Shown in pieces: positions 9,735 to 19,753 of a DNA stretch of 64,000 bases. Position numbers and translations under genes: made by a program. Position 1 is the first letter of the stretch. Each line of letters starts with the position of its first letter. This stretch comes from Nostoc sp. (GTDB taxonomy: Bacteria > Cyanobacteriota > Cyanobacteriia > Cyanobacteriales > Nostocaceae), in assembly GCA_036918135.1 (NCBI GenBank), contig JBALDB010000011.1:1-64000 (forward strand). The letters run 5' to 3'. Below the pieces are notes generated by a model. That model worked only from the letters and a program-made list of their open reading frames with translations. It made no database searches and was not told the origin of the DNA.

Positions 9735-10430
9735 ATGCAAAAGTATTATAAATTGGCAATTACGGCTGCTGTTGTTGGATTTGGATTAGGAACGCTGAAT
9801 ACAGCGCAAGCAGCAACTTTGAGTGTGAGTGCGTCAGACCAAGGTTGGTGGGCTGCTGAAGGCGGACTTAATGTAGGAAATTCTAACGACAATACCAACT
9901 ACATAACTGGAAACATCCGCGCCACAGATTTGCGTGACTATTTTACATTCAATCTTGATAATGTAGCACAAGTCTCCTCAGCAACCCTGCAAATTCAACG
10001 ATTTGTGGGTTCAGAAAGTGGAGTAAAGACTTTAGGTTTTTTCGATGTTTCAACACCTAATGATGTACTCTCTCAGAAAGAGAATAGTCCCAATGACGCT
10101 ATTTATAACGATTTGGGAAGTGGTAAAAACTATGGAACTTTCAATGTCAGCAGTTCTGGCGATTCAAACGAGATTTTGAATTTTACTCTTAACTCCGACG
10201 CTATTGCAGATATTAACGCTAGAAGTGGGAAATTTTTCTCAATCGGAGGTGCGCTTCTAAGTAATATTGAACTTTCAGACGATTATCTGTTCTCGGAAAG
10301 TGGTGATGGTACGTTTGCAAAACTTGTGCTAAATGTCGATTCAGCCACAGTTCCAGAACCCGATGTCCTTAGCGGCGTAGCGATTGCTGGTGTTGCAGGT
10401 TTGTGGTTACGCAAACGAAAAGCGTCTTAA
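9735..10430 (+). CDS. PEP-CTERM sorting-domain surface protein
   Basis: Signal peptide (AQAAT), C-terminal VPEP + TM + RKRK. Confidence 0.9.
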   Translation: MQKYYKLAITAAVVGFGLGTLNTAQAATLSVSASDQGWWAAEGGLNVGNSNDNTNYITGNIRATDLRDYFTFNLDNVAQVSSATLQIQRFVGSESGVKTLGFFDVSTPNDVLSQKENSPNDAIYNDLGSGKNYGTFNVSSSGDSNEILNFTLNSDAIADINARSGKFFSIGGALLSNIELSDDYLFSESGDGTFAKLVLNVDSATVPEPDVLSGVAIAGVAGLWLRKRKAS

Positions 10431-10594
10431 ACTGTATCTAACTTTTCACAGAAAGTCTTAAGACCCTTGTCGATGCTAGGGTAGGGTGTAGGGGAAATCA
10501 TGAAAGTCTTACCACACCCCTACACTCCTTGGATTTCTCGCTTGTGATAAATCCAGGCTGCCTTCTGCCTTCTGCCTCCTGCCTCCTGCTATAA

Positions 10595-12154
10595 TTAGCG
10601 AGATTCTTCTATATTCTCTTGTTCCTCCATCGCCTCAGTTTTATTTTGTAGTGGCTTGACTACTCTGGCGATCGCTTCCTGAACAAAAGCTTTAATAAAT
10701 TCATCTCTGCGATTGATTTGAAACTGTCGCTGTACAACTTCTGTCATCCCGCCATCACCCCAATCTTGATCGTGACGAAAATATTCAATAAAGCTTTTAC
10801 CAGCAATTCGCGTTAAATAAGCTGCGGTAACACCTTGAATTGCTCTACCAATAATAAAGGTGGCAACATTGAGTTGCAAAGCTGTAGATAATAATTGAAT
10901 CGCGCCTTTGACAATGCCCAAACTGGCAATAGTTTTTGCTAAAGAAAGGGCTAATTCTCGTCCCCTTTCCATATTCAATTCACAACCATATACTCGCCCA
11001 ATTTCGACGACCATTTGAGCATTGACGGCGGCGGTTGCTAACAAATCTACCACTGGTACAGGAGTCACTGATACTACGCCAGCCCCAATCCATTGAAACC
11101 GTTCTACAATTTTGTCGGCTTGACGACGGCGTTGGCCATCAATGAGTTTTCGCGCTTCGTCACCCAATCGTAGAGATTGCAAAAGAATATTATCTGCTAC
11201 CAAATCTTCACCTTCAGCGCGTAAAATCGCAGCCATGCGCCGCAGCAAAGGAACAATATCCGGTTCTGGCTGGAAGGTTTCGCCAGTTTCTAGTTGTGCT
11301 GATTGGGGATTAGCAGCGATCGCTACTACATCATTTGTAGCAATAAATCCTAGCACCCGCTGACGTAACCTGGCGAGGATGGCTTCTTTATCTTCATCTG
11401 TATATAAATCAGTTTTGTTGAGAACCAGGAGCGATCGCTTACCAATTTCTGCTAATCCCTTTAACGGCTCATATTCGGAGCGTCGTAAATCATTATCCAC
11501 TACAAACAACAGTAAATCTGCTTCCGTCGCCAGTTCTCGCGCCATTTGTTCCCGTTCCGTCCCCGCCACACCTGCTTCTAAAATTCCCGGTGTATCTGTA
11601 ATTAAAATCTTGCGTTCCAATCCCTTCAACCGCAAACAATAAGTTTCCCCAACTTGAGTTGTACCCATCGGTGCATCCACTTGACCGACCATGCGTCCCA
11701 TGATGGCATTTACTAAGGAAGTTTTACCAGCACTCCCGGTACCAAATACCACCACTTGAATTTCACCTCGTGCTAGGTTGGCTTCAATCTCTCGCGATTT
11801 GCTTAATAAAGCTTGGCGTGCGACTTCATCTTGAATTTGGGCTACTTGTTGGCGCACAGCTTCCAGAGTCGTAGAAGCCGCATCAGACTTGCCGGCTGGG
11901 ATTTGGGCTGGAGTCACACGAGAACGAGTGCGACGCGATCGCTTTTCCCCAGCCTGAAGCACTAGTACATAATAAACAAAAGCCGCAACCAACGCTCCGA
12001 TCAGCACAATCAGCAGCAACAGCAGCAAATTGCCTAACAAAGGCGAATAGGACAATTGCCAATAAAGCCGTGATAGCGAATCAATTAGCCATAAAGCTAG
12101 CCCCAAAATGACAATTAGACCAACAATCAGCGTTACGATGCGTGACAGAGGCAT
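10595..12154 (-). CDS. Membrane-anchored GTPase with DUF697/YcjF-like C-terminus
   Basis: Two N-terminal TMs; G1 GTGSAGKT, G3 DTPG, G4 NKTD. Confidence 0.85.
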   Translation of the reverse strand: MPLSRIVTLIVGLIVILGLALWLIDSLSRLYWQLSYSPLLGNLLLLLLIVLIGALVAAFVYYVLVLQAGEKRSRRTRSRVTPAQIPAGKSDAASTTLEAVRQQVAQIQDEVARQALLSKSREIEANLARGEIQVVVFGTGSAGKTSLVNAIMGRMVGQVDAPMGTTQVGETYCLRLKGLERKILITDTPGILEAGVAGTEREQMARELATEADLLLFVVDNDLRRSEYEPLKGLAEIGKRSLLVLNKTDLYTDEDKEAILARLRQRVLGFIATNDVVAIAANPQSAQLETGETFQPEPDIVPLLRRMAAILRAEGEDLVADNILLQSLRLGDEARKLIDGQRRRQADKIVERFQWIGAGVVSVTPVPVVDLLATAAVNAQMVVEIGRVYGCELNMERGRELALSLAKTIASLGIVKGAIQLLSTALQLNVATFIIGRAIQGVTAAYLTRIAGKSFIEYFRHDQDWGDGGMTEVVQRQFQINRRDEFIKAFVQEAIARVVKPLQNKTEAMEEQENIEESR

Positions 12155-12247
12155 GGCTGGCAAAGATTAGTAGATAAGAAGTAGGCACATGCTTTTAATC
12201 TTAATAGTTTCAGTATTTTTTACCAGAGTAGTAAGCAAATCAAAAGT

Positions 12248-12377
12248 TATAGCAGGAGGCAGGAGACAGGGGGCAGAAGGCAGGAGGCAGAAGGCAGTTC
12301 TTGCTGGAGGTAAAACTATTACTATTCCTAACATTCACACTTGTCATTTTGTCCTAAAGAGTGTGACTACGGCTATA
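12248..12377 (+). mobile_element. MITE-like element, copy 2
   Basis: Same ends and core (ggaggtaaaactattact...gtgtgactacggctata) as 9320-9464. Confidence 0.75.
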
Positions 12378-12509
12378 CGTAAGGCAAAAAAAGCAGGCTT
12401 GATTGTTGAGATTAAAGCATACATTGAGCAATTACGCACCAATGGAATTTATATCCGACTTAGCCTTATTGATGCAGTGCTACGGGATGTTGGGGAAATA
12501 GATTTTTGA
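12378..12509 (+). pseudogene. C-terminal remnant of a DUF3368-like (PIN-associated) protein
   Basis: RKAKKAGLIVEIKAYIEQLRTNGIYIRLSLIDAVLRDVGE; no native start, directly abuts the MITE end. Confidence 0.6.
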
Positions 12510-12680
12510 CCTTCTGAAGCTCAATTTTGACCTTCTGAGGCTCAACTTTCACCTTCTGAGGCTCAACTTTCACCTTCCGAGGCTCAACTTTCACCTTCCG
12601 AAGCTCAACTTTCACCTTCTGAGGCTCAATTTTGACCTTCTGATGCTCAACTTTCACCTTCTAAGGCTCAACATTGCCTT
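12504..12680. repeat. Tandem array, 8 x 21 bp plus a partial unit, consensus CTTTCACCTTCTGAGGCTCAA
   Basis: Units start at 12504, 12525, ... 12651. Confidence 0.95.
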
Positions 12681-12972
12681 GTAATCCCATTGAGAAAAAC
12701 CTTTGCAATACATGAATTGGTTGTAAGGGCGTACAGTTGTACATTGGTGTCAACTTAACGTAAAACTGAAAAATTCTAAATTCTGAATTCTCTTTTAACT
12801 TCCGCCTTGGGATGCTAGCTAGCCTTTGGAAGTTGATTTTTTCATAATAATTAGCAGCAAGTAAAAGCTTGTGTGTCAAAATTTCTTGGTGGACTTGCGA
12901 AAGTTCGCTGACATCAAAAAATTTCAAGCTAGCTTTGGCAGGCTTGTTGACAAAAAATGGAAAAAGAAACTT

Positions 12973-13497
12973 ATGGGACTTTTCGATCAAATTCTCGGTG
13001 CTGTTACTAATCCCAATCAACAGGGCAGCTTAGGTCAACTAGGAAGTATTATTAACACTGTAAACCAACTGAGCGATCGTACTGGTGCTGACCCTTCTAC
13101 CATCCAATCAGTTTTATCAATTGTTGGTAATCAAGTTCGTTCGACTTTACAACACAAGCAAGCCACAGATGGTAATGAAGCCGCACAAACTTTAGTGAAT
13201 CAATATGCTGGTACTTCTCCTAACCCCCAAGCAGTCGATTCGCTATTTTCTCCTGGTATACAACAGCAGGTAGCTGAAATTGCTGCCCAGCGTACTGGGT
13301 TAGCTCCTGGTATGATTCAACAATTGCTGCCTTTAGCTGTACCTTTAGTACTAAATTTTTTGCAATCAGGTGCCAATACTCAAAATCCCCAAACTGGCGG
13401 TAATTCTGTACTAAATTCCTTCTTAGATGCTGACGGCGATGGTGATGTCGATATCGCCGACGCCCTGCAAATGGCCAGTCGTTACATCAGACAATAA
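12973..13497 (+). CDS. DUF937-like protein with C-terminal EF-hand-like DxDGDGD motif
   Basis: MGLFDQILGAV start; LDADGDGDVD. Confidence 0.75.
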   Translation: MGLFDQILGAVTNPNQQGSLGQLGSIINTVNQLSDRTGADPSTIQSVLSIVGNQVRSTLQHKQATDGNEAAQTLVNQYAGTSPNPQAVDSLFSPGIQQQVAEIAAQRTGLAPGMIQQLLPLAVPLVLNFLQSGANTQNPQTGGNSVLNSFLDADGDGDVDIADALQMASRYIRQ

Positions 13498-13708
13498 TAC
13501 TTCTCCCCACTCCTCATCCCCCGGTTGGTGAGTTTCGACTTCGCTCAATTACCGCAAAGTCGAAACTCAACTACCGCAAAGTCAAACCACATCCCCCTAC
13601 TCCCCACAATAAGCCGCTTGTCATTAGACATCGGCAAGTAGGCCTTGCGAGATTCTTAGCTAGGACATAGGCTGAAAAGAAGGGAAACTAATACGAATCA
13701 GACAGTCT

Positions 13709-14311
13709 ATGGCAAAATTTTTTGACTGTATTACTGAGGAACTGCAAAACTTCATTGCTGCCCAACACCTTTTCTTTGTTGGCACTGCACCTTTGAGTCC
13801 TACAGGTCATGTTAACCTGTCTCCTAAAGGTTTGGATTGCTTTTGCATCCTCTCTCCCAACCGAGTAGGTTATATAGATCTTACAGGCAGTAGTAACGAA
13901 ACGTCCGCCCATTTACAAGAAAATGGACGAATTACTTTTATGTTTTGCGCCTTTGAGGAACCTGCTTGTATCTTACGTCTTTATGGTCAAGGAAACACGA
14001 TTTTACCGACTTCTCCAGACTGGAACTCACTGTACTCTCTATTTCCAGAAATACCTGGAACTCGTCAAATTATCGTCGCTGATATCCAAGAAGTACAGAC
14101 TTCCTGTGGTTTTGGCGTACCACTCTATGAATATCGAGGTCAGCGCCAGACTCTAGTAAACTGGGCTAGTAAAAAGGGCGAACAGGGAGTTAGAGAATAT
14201 CAACAGCAGAAAAATCTCGTCAGCCTTGATGGTTTATCGACTCCACTAAGTAAATTATTTGAAGTATCACAAAAGCAGGATTTTGAACAGGATTTATACC
14301 AAGTTGACTGA
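13709..14311 (+). CDS. Pyridoxamine 5'-phosphate oxidase-like FMN-binding protein
   Basis: FFVGTAP, NLSPKG, QTSCGFGVP. Confidence 0.85.
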   Translation: MAKFFDCITEELQNFIAAQHLFFVGTAPLSPTGHVNLSPKGLDCFCILSPNRVGYIDLTGSSNETSAHLQENGRITFMFCAFEEPACILRLYGQGNTILPTSPDWNSLYSLFPEIPGTRQIIVADIQEVQTSCGFGVPLYEYRGQRQTLVNWASKKGEQGVREYQQQKNLVSLDGLSTPLSKLFEVSQKQDFEQDLYQVD

Positions 14312-14491
14312 GATAATATTTACTTCAAAAGCAGTTATCCTGTTTAGAATTTGAGATTTGGGATTTATTTGGAAGCGTGAAAGAGTTACAGGGCAGGCTT
14401 TTGGTATGGCAATCACTATTCAAATTAGTATTACATAGCTGCTTTGATTCTCAATAATATTAACTTTGACAACTTGGTATAATAGCAGTTT

Positions 14492-15010
14492 ATGAATTAT
14501 TCTGTTTGTTCGCTCACAGCGAAAGATGAGCCTTTTCTATGGCAAATGCTTTACGAAGCAGCACATTTGGAAAAAGAAGGTAATTTGACAGTGCAGGATT
14601 TAATGAATCATCCTGACTTAGCAAAATATGTGAAAAATTAGGGACGTAAAGATGATAGTGGCTTTGTTGCCATTTTAGTAAGTAGTAATCAGCCAGTAGG
14701 AGCAGCATGGCTGCGTTTATTAACGGGTGAAAATAAAGGATATGGTTATATTAGCGATCGCACTCCTGAATTAGCGATCGCAATTCTCCCCGAATATCGA
14801 AATCAAGGCATAGGAACGCAGCTACTCAAGCATTTATTAGCAGCAGCAAAAACATCCTATCCATCAATATCTCTCAGCATTAGAGTGACAAATCCTGCCT
14901 TTGCTTTATATCAAAAATTAGGTTTTGCAGTCGTCCCTGGTAGTGAAACAATCAACCGAGTTGGTGGAATTTCTTTGAAGATGAAAATTGATTTTTTTAA
15001 AAAATATTAA
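14492..15010 (+). pseudogene. GNAT acetyltransferase interrupted by an in-frame TAG at 14639-14641
   Basis: MNYSV...AKYVKN*GRKDD...PELAIAILPEYRNQGIGTQLL...NPAFALYQKLGF; frame is continuous across the stop. Confidence 0.85.
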
Positions 15011-15076
15011 ACCTATAGGGTAGCACAGTTATCGTAGCTGAGAAAATAAATTTAGATATTTAAGATGTTTTTGCAA

Positions 15077-15547
15077 TCAAAACGCTTGACTATTTAAACG
15101 ACACAATCTCACCTGATTAATAATTTTTGCACCTATCTTTTGATAAAACTTAATTCCACGCTTGTTGGATACAGCTACAGTCCAATCAATTCTGCCACAA
15201 CCCTTTTCTTGGGCTATTTTGCGCAAGCGTAGCATCAAAGCTTCACCAATTTTGTGATTTCGATATTCAGCTTTGACATATAAATCATCAAGCCAAATTC
15301 CAGGTTTGGCTAGAAAAGTTGAATAAATAAAATGATAGGTTGCCAAACCAATAGCTTTGCCATCAACCTCAGCTAAAATAACAAAAGCGAGGGGGTTTTC
15401 TCCAAATAAATCAACTTCTAGCTTTTGAGGAGTTGCTTCTACAGATTCAGGACAACCATCAAATTCGGCTTTCAAATAAATTAATTCCATAATCGCAGGA
15501 ATATCTTGCTGGGTTGGCTGTCGAATTAAAATATTTGTACCTGGCAT
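15077..15547 (-). CDS. GNAT acetyltransferase (diamine/thialysine acetyltransferase-like)
   Basis: GIWLDDLYVKAEYRNHKIG; WTV..N..GIKFY. Confidence 0.85.
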   Translation of the reverse strand: MPGTNILIRQPTQQDIPAIMELIYLKAEFDGCPESVEATPQKLEVDLFGENPLAFVILAEVDGKAIGLATYHFIYSTFLAKPGIWLDDLYVKAEYRNHKIGEALMLRLRKIAQEKGCGRIDWTVAVSNKRGIKFYQKIGAKIINQVRLCRLNSQAF

Positions 15548-15548
15548 T

Positions 15549-16202
15549 TCATGTCAACTCGAATTGGGGAAGAATTTCTGTTTCATTTTTTGCTGCATTT
15601 ATCCACTCTTGCATTGCACTTAATGCCAAAATTGCTGCTACATAATCTCTAGCAACAGTATCTAATTGCACATCATAAGCTACAAATCGTAAGACAACTG
15701 GAGCAAAAAATGCATCAGCAATTGTGAAGTTGCCAAACAAGAAATCACCAGTAGACCCAAATTTTTGACGTAATTCTTTCCAAATACTCGTAATGCGGTC
15801 AATATCTTGTTGTACGCCAGATGCTAAACCTTTGCCAGGGTATTTAGTTCGGCAATTCATTGGCATATTCTGACGCAAATTTTGAAAACCAGAGTGCATT
15901 TCCGCAGTGATAGAACGGGCAAATGTTCTTGCTGTTTTATCCTCTGGCCACCATTGCATCGGAAACGTTTCTGCTAGGTATTCACAAATAGCAAGAGAAT
16001 CCCACACAGTTACCCTATCGTGTAATAGTACAGGGACTTTTCCTGAAGGAGAGTATTGCCGAGTTTTTGCTGAAGAATCCGAACCGTAAAGCGGAATCCG
16101 AATTTCATCGAATTCTAAACTAAATTGTTTCATCGCCAGCCAAGGACGAAGCGACCAAGATGAATAATTTTTATTGCCAATTACTAAAGTTAATTGTGTC
16201 AT
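15549..16202 (-). CDS. Glutathione S-transferase family protein
   Basis: NYSSWSLRPW, GKVPVL, WDSLAI. Confidence 0.9.
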   Translation of the reverse strand: MTQLTLVIGNKNYSSWSLRPWLAMKQFSLEFDEIRIPLYGSDSSAKTRQYSPSGKVPVLLHDRVTVWDSLAICEYLAETFPMQWWPEDKTARTFARSITAEMHSGFQNLRQNMPMNCRTKYPGKGLASGVQQDIDRITSIWKELRQKFGSTGDFLFGNFTIADAFFAPVVLRFVAYDVQLDTVARDYVAAILALSAMQEWINAAKNETEILPQFELT

Positions 16203-16206
16203 ATTT

Positions 16207-16491
16207 TTAGTACCTGTAAAGTTGTTCAATCCACATAGACACGTCTACTTCCGAACCAGAAGCAAAAGATTTTCCGGTTACAGGGTCGTAAGCTTGCCAA
16301 TAAATGTTACCGTGACGGTCAACCTTTTGTGTAACTTGTAATTTATTAGGATTTGCTAAGAGTTGATTGATAAATTTTTTCCAAATACTATACAGAGATT
16401 CCCAAAAGTTGGAGTTAACTTTTTTAGGGAATGAGGCGCTAGAATTTATTTTTATTTTTTCTAGTTGTAAGCATTTAATGTTATTGTTCAT
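16207..16491 (-). CDS. Hypothetical protein, first gene of the operon divergent from the LysR gene
   Basis: 94-aa ORF, 4 bp upstream of the GST start. Confidence 0.65.
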   Translation of the reverse strand: MNNNIKCLQLEKIKINSSASFPKKVNSNFWESLYSIWKKFINQLLANPNKLQVTQKVDRHGNIYWQAYDPVTGKSFASGSEVDVSMWIEQLYRY

Positions 16492-16665
16492 AAAATTATT
16501 CCTGAAAGCTCTATAAATAAAATAGTAGCAACGTCGCAGTTAGGAATCAAATCATGGCTTGTATAGGTTCTATAAATGTAATTTATAGATGGGAGAAATC
16601 ATTAATCCAAGGTTTTTGTCACAATTAAATTAGGATGCGTATACCCTTGTTCTGATGAATTGCCC

Positions 16666-17559
16666 ATGAAACTCTCCCAACTTCGAGCCATAGTTGCAGT
16701 CGCAGAACGTGGTAATTTTAGTGAGGCAGCTTTAGAATTGCAGCTTTCGCAGCCTGCAATTAGTCATGCGATCGCCACCTTAGAAGAAGAATTAGGCGTG
16801 CCTTTATTTGCCAGAGGTCGTCACGGTGCAGTGCTAACACCTGCTGGCGAGCGTATACTATATCATGCGCGTCAGGCAATGCAACATCTAGAGATGATGC
16901 AACACGAAGCAAACCTACATAAAGGTTTACATGGTGGACATGTGCGGATTGCGGCTTTTCGTAGCGTTGCTACTCATTTATTACCAAAAGCGATCGCTCA
17001 GTTTCACGAGCAATTCCCAGAAGTTGCTGTCACTATTATCGAGTGTGCTGCTTTCACGGATGTAGAACAATGTTTGCGTGACGGACGTACTGATATTGGT
17101 ATTACCTGTCTACCAACTAGTAATGAGTTTGAGACTTGGGAAATTTTTCGGGATGAATATCTGGCTTTACTACCACCACAGAGCAAAATTAACAGGAAAG
17201 ATATTACTTGGGAAGACATAGCAGCCTATCCACCTGTTTTGCTTCCTTGTACGCCCTGTGGACGTATTGTTCACAACCATCTCAAGAATTTAGCAATTCC
17301 CATAAGTACTGCTACCGATATTCAAGAAGATTCCACAGTTGTGAGTATGGTAAATCAAGGACTGAGAGCTGCTATTATGCCTCGTTTAGCAGCTGTACCT
17401 ATTCCGCCAAAAGTTCAGGTATACAGTTTACCCGCACCGATTGAAAGAGTAATTGCAACTGCAATTTTATCTCATGGTTTGCAAGTACCTGCGGTATTTA
17501 CATTTTTGGAGATGTTGAAAAAATTTGATTTTTATACTTTAGCTAAATTGACTTATTAA
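16666..17559 (+). CDS. LysR family transcriptional regulator
   Basis: N-terminal HTH (NFSEAALEL.LSQPAIS, LEEELGVPLF.R). Confidence 0.93.
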   Translation: MKLSQLRAIVAVAERGNFSEAALELQLSQPAISHAIATLEEELGVPLFARGRHGAVLTPAGERILYHARQAMQHLEMMQHEANLHKGLHGGHVRIAAFRSVATHLLPKAIAQFHEQFPEVAVTIIECAAFTDVEQCLRDGRTDIGITCLPTSNEFETWEIFRDEYLALLPPQSKINRKDITWEDIAAYPPVLLPCTPCGRIVHNHLKNLAIPISTATDIQEDSTVVSMVNQGLRAAIMPRLAAVPIPPKVQVYSLPAPIERVIATAILSHGLQVPAVFTFLEMLKKFDFYTLAKLTY

Positions 17560-17623
17560 TAAGAGTAAAGACGCGATTTATCGCGTTTGATGCTTTAATC
17601 GAAGCTAGTTTATAAACTAACTT

Positions 17624-19009
17624 TTAAACAAGTCTGCTTTTAACTTCTTGTGCCAAATTTTCTAGTAATACTTCTACTTGCTCGCCTGTTTTCAAATCTT
17701 TAAGGGAGGATTTCTGTGCTGCTGCTTCTTGAGAACCAATAATTACACAGAATTGAATTCCCTGTTTATCTGCTAACTGAAATTGTTTACCTAAAGGACG
17801 CTTATCAAAGTTAGTGATAACATTAATTCCCGCTTGACGCAGTTGTTGAGAAACTTTTAAATAAGTCGGCATTAAATCATCTTGTATATTTACTACCATC
17901 ACCTGCGCTGGTGTTGCAGCTAAGGTACTCAGAATACCTGCTTTAAGCAATCGACTAATTAAGCGAGTCAAGCCAATAGAAATACCAACACCAGGCATCT
18001 TTTCACCTAAAAATACTCCGACTAATTCTTCATATCTACCGCCAGAACAAATGCTACCCAAGGCTTCATGTCCTAATAAAGTTGTTTCGTAAACTGTACC
18101 AGTATAATAATCAAGTCCACGGGCAATTGATAAATCAATACAAAAACGATTTTCAGCAACTCCCAGATTACGCACGCCTGTGATTACTGTTTCTAATTCA
18201 CTAACTCCCAAGCTAAATTGCTCGCTTTCTGGCAGATTTGCTAGGTGTTTGAGCTTATCTAATACTTCATCGACTGAACCATGTATTTTAATAAATTCAA
18301 TGATTTTTTTAGCTTGTTCTGGTGAAATCCCTTCTTTTTCTAAATCCTGTTTGACTTTATTTTCACCAATTTTTTCTAGAGTATCAACAATATTGATACA
18401 GGATTTAATTTGGTTTTCGGCAATCCCTAGTGATTTAAAAAAACCTGTAAGAACTTTGCGGTTATTGATGCGGATAATAAAATCACCGATATTAATTGCT
18501 TCAAATATTTCAGTAATAATTGCAGGCATTTGAGCATCATAAAGCAAGCTCAGTTCGCGACGAGCAACTACATCAATATCGCATTGGCGGAACTGACGAA
18601 AACGCCCATCTTTTGCCCGTTCCCCCCGAAAAACTACATCCATTTGATAGCGGGCAAAGGGAAAAGTTAACTCATTGAGGTGACGAGCAATATAAGCTGC
18701 TAATGGCACTGTTTGGTCAAACTTTAATGCCCTTGCTTCCGAACCAGTTTCGCCGGATTTATCTTTTTCGGCTTGGCGATTTGGTGGCAAGATGGGGTCA
18801 ATTCCATAAATGATATTGTCGCCTTGGTTTCCTTTAGCTTGTAAGACTTCTAAACGTTCTACTGCTGGGGTTTCAATGGGCGTAAATCCATAGCTTTCAA
18901 AAACTCTACGGATAGTGTCTAGGAGATATAATTCTAAGCGCTTTTCGCTAGGCAGAAATTCTGGGAAACCGCTAGGAGTAGAAAAGTTTATTTTGTCACC
19001 TTTTGCCAT
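17624..19009 (-). CDS. hisS: Histidine--tRNA ligase
   Basis: FRQFRQCDID, ARGLDYYTG, GGRYE motifs. Confidence 0.95.
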   Translation of the reverse strand: MAKGDKINFSTPSGFPEFLPSEKRLELYLLDTIRRVFESYGFTPIETPAVERLEVLQAKGNQGDNIIYGIDPILPPNRQAEKDKSGETGSEARALKFDQTVPLAAYIARHLNELTFPFARYQMDVVFRGERAKDGRFRQFRQCDIDVVARRELSLLYDAQMPAIITEIFEAINIGDFIIRINNRKVLTGFFKSLGIAENQIKSCINIVDTLEKIGENKVKQDLEKEGISPEQAKKIIEFIKIHGSVDEVLDKLKHLANLPESEQFSLGVSELETVITGVRNLGVAENRFCIDLSIARGLDYYTGTVYETTLLGHEALGSICSGGRYEELVGVFLGEKMPGVGISIGLTRLISRLLKAGILSTLAATPAQVMVVNIQDDLMPTYLKVSQQLRQAGINVITNFDKRPLGKQFQLADKQGIQFCVIIGSQEAAAQKSSLKDLKTGEQVEVLLENLAQEVKSRLV

Positions 19010-19168
19010 ACTTGATACTATTTTAGATTTGAGATTTTACGAAAAGTTTGAGCGGAGGTTTCCTGCCTAGACACTGGAGGGCAGCAAGACATAGGCTTTA
19101 AAACTTTTCAAGACTGATTTTGGATTGGGAATCATCATCGCTAAACCAACCCTGAATCATATTGTCGC

Positions 19169-19249
19169 AGTAGGGTGTGTTATGCCGTAGGCTAACGCAC
19201 GATTTGAGATTTTCGGTGCGTTAGGACTTACGTCCATAACGCACCCTAC
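19169..19249. repeat. REP-like palindromic element (GTAGGGTG...CACCCTAC)
   Basis: Inverted termini with internal TGCGTTA/TAACGCA hairpins; related unit at about 7700-7729. Confidence 0.65.
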
Positions 19250-19293
19250 CAAATTAAAGCTAAATTCTCAATTCTGAATTCTGCTCGATTGTT

Positions 19294-19740
19294 TTATTTT
19301 AGCCGTTGTTCTTGAATGAGGGTGCGTTGAAAAATTTGACCGTTTTTAAACCAATGCCAAGTTCGGGCACGATTGTTATTGTCTGGACTAATGTAAATCA
19401 TTTCATATAAACTCATTTCTGGGTTTGTCTTATAAGCAAACCACAAAATCACAATAGAATCGTCGGCTTCCCAGGCTTTGCCTTCAATGCGATCGGTATC
19501 GAACCAAAGTTTATTATCTTTGTAGATTCCGGGAAATTCGTACTCTTCTTTTTTGCCATCAGCCCACTTGTAGCGGTTGATTTGGTAGTAGGGATGAGCG
19601 CCGTTTTCTGGAAATTGACAAGTTAAATGAGACTCGTAGCTGTCGAGAATTTTTCCTGTTGTATCAACTAATGTATAAGTGCCTACCCAATCTCCTTCAT
19701 GACGGGTTAGCACGGGCATTCCTTCTTTAATATTAAACAT
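19294..19740 (-). CDS. Lipocalin/calycin-like beta-barrel protein (DUF3598-like)
   Basis: N-terminal EGDWVGTY (GxW) motif, beta-strand-rich, C-terminal RTL..E.R. Confidence 0.6.
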   Translation of the reverse strand: MFNIKEGMPVLTRHEGDWVGTYTLVDTTGKILDSYESHLTCQFPENGAHPYYQINRYKWADGKKEEYEFPGIYKDNKLWFDTDRIEGKAWEADDSIVILWFAYKTNPEMSLYEMIYISPDNNNRARTWHWFKNGQIFQRTLIQEQRLK

Positions 19741-19753
19741 CGCTATTCACCTT

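Noticed and set aside
12189..12509. 106-aa ORF as a real gene
   Set aside because: It is a chimera of intergenic DNA, MITE sequence and a DUF3368-like tail.
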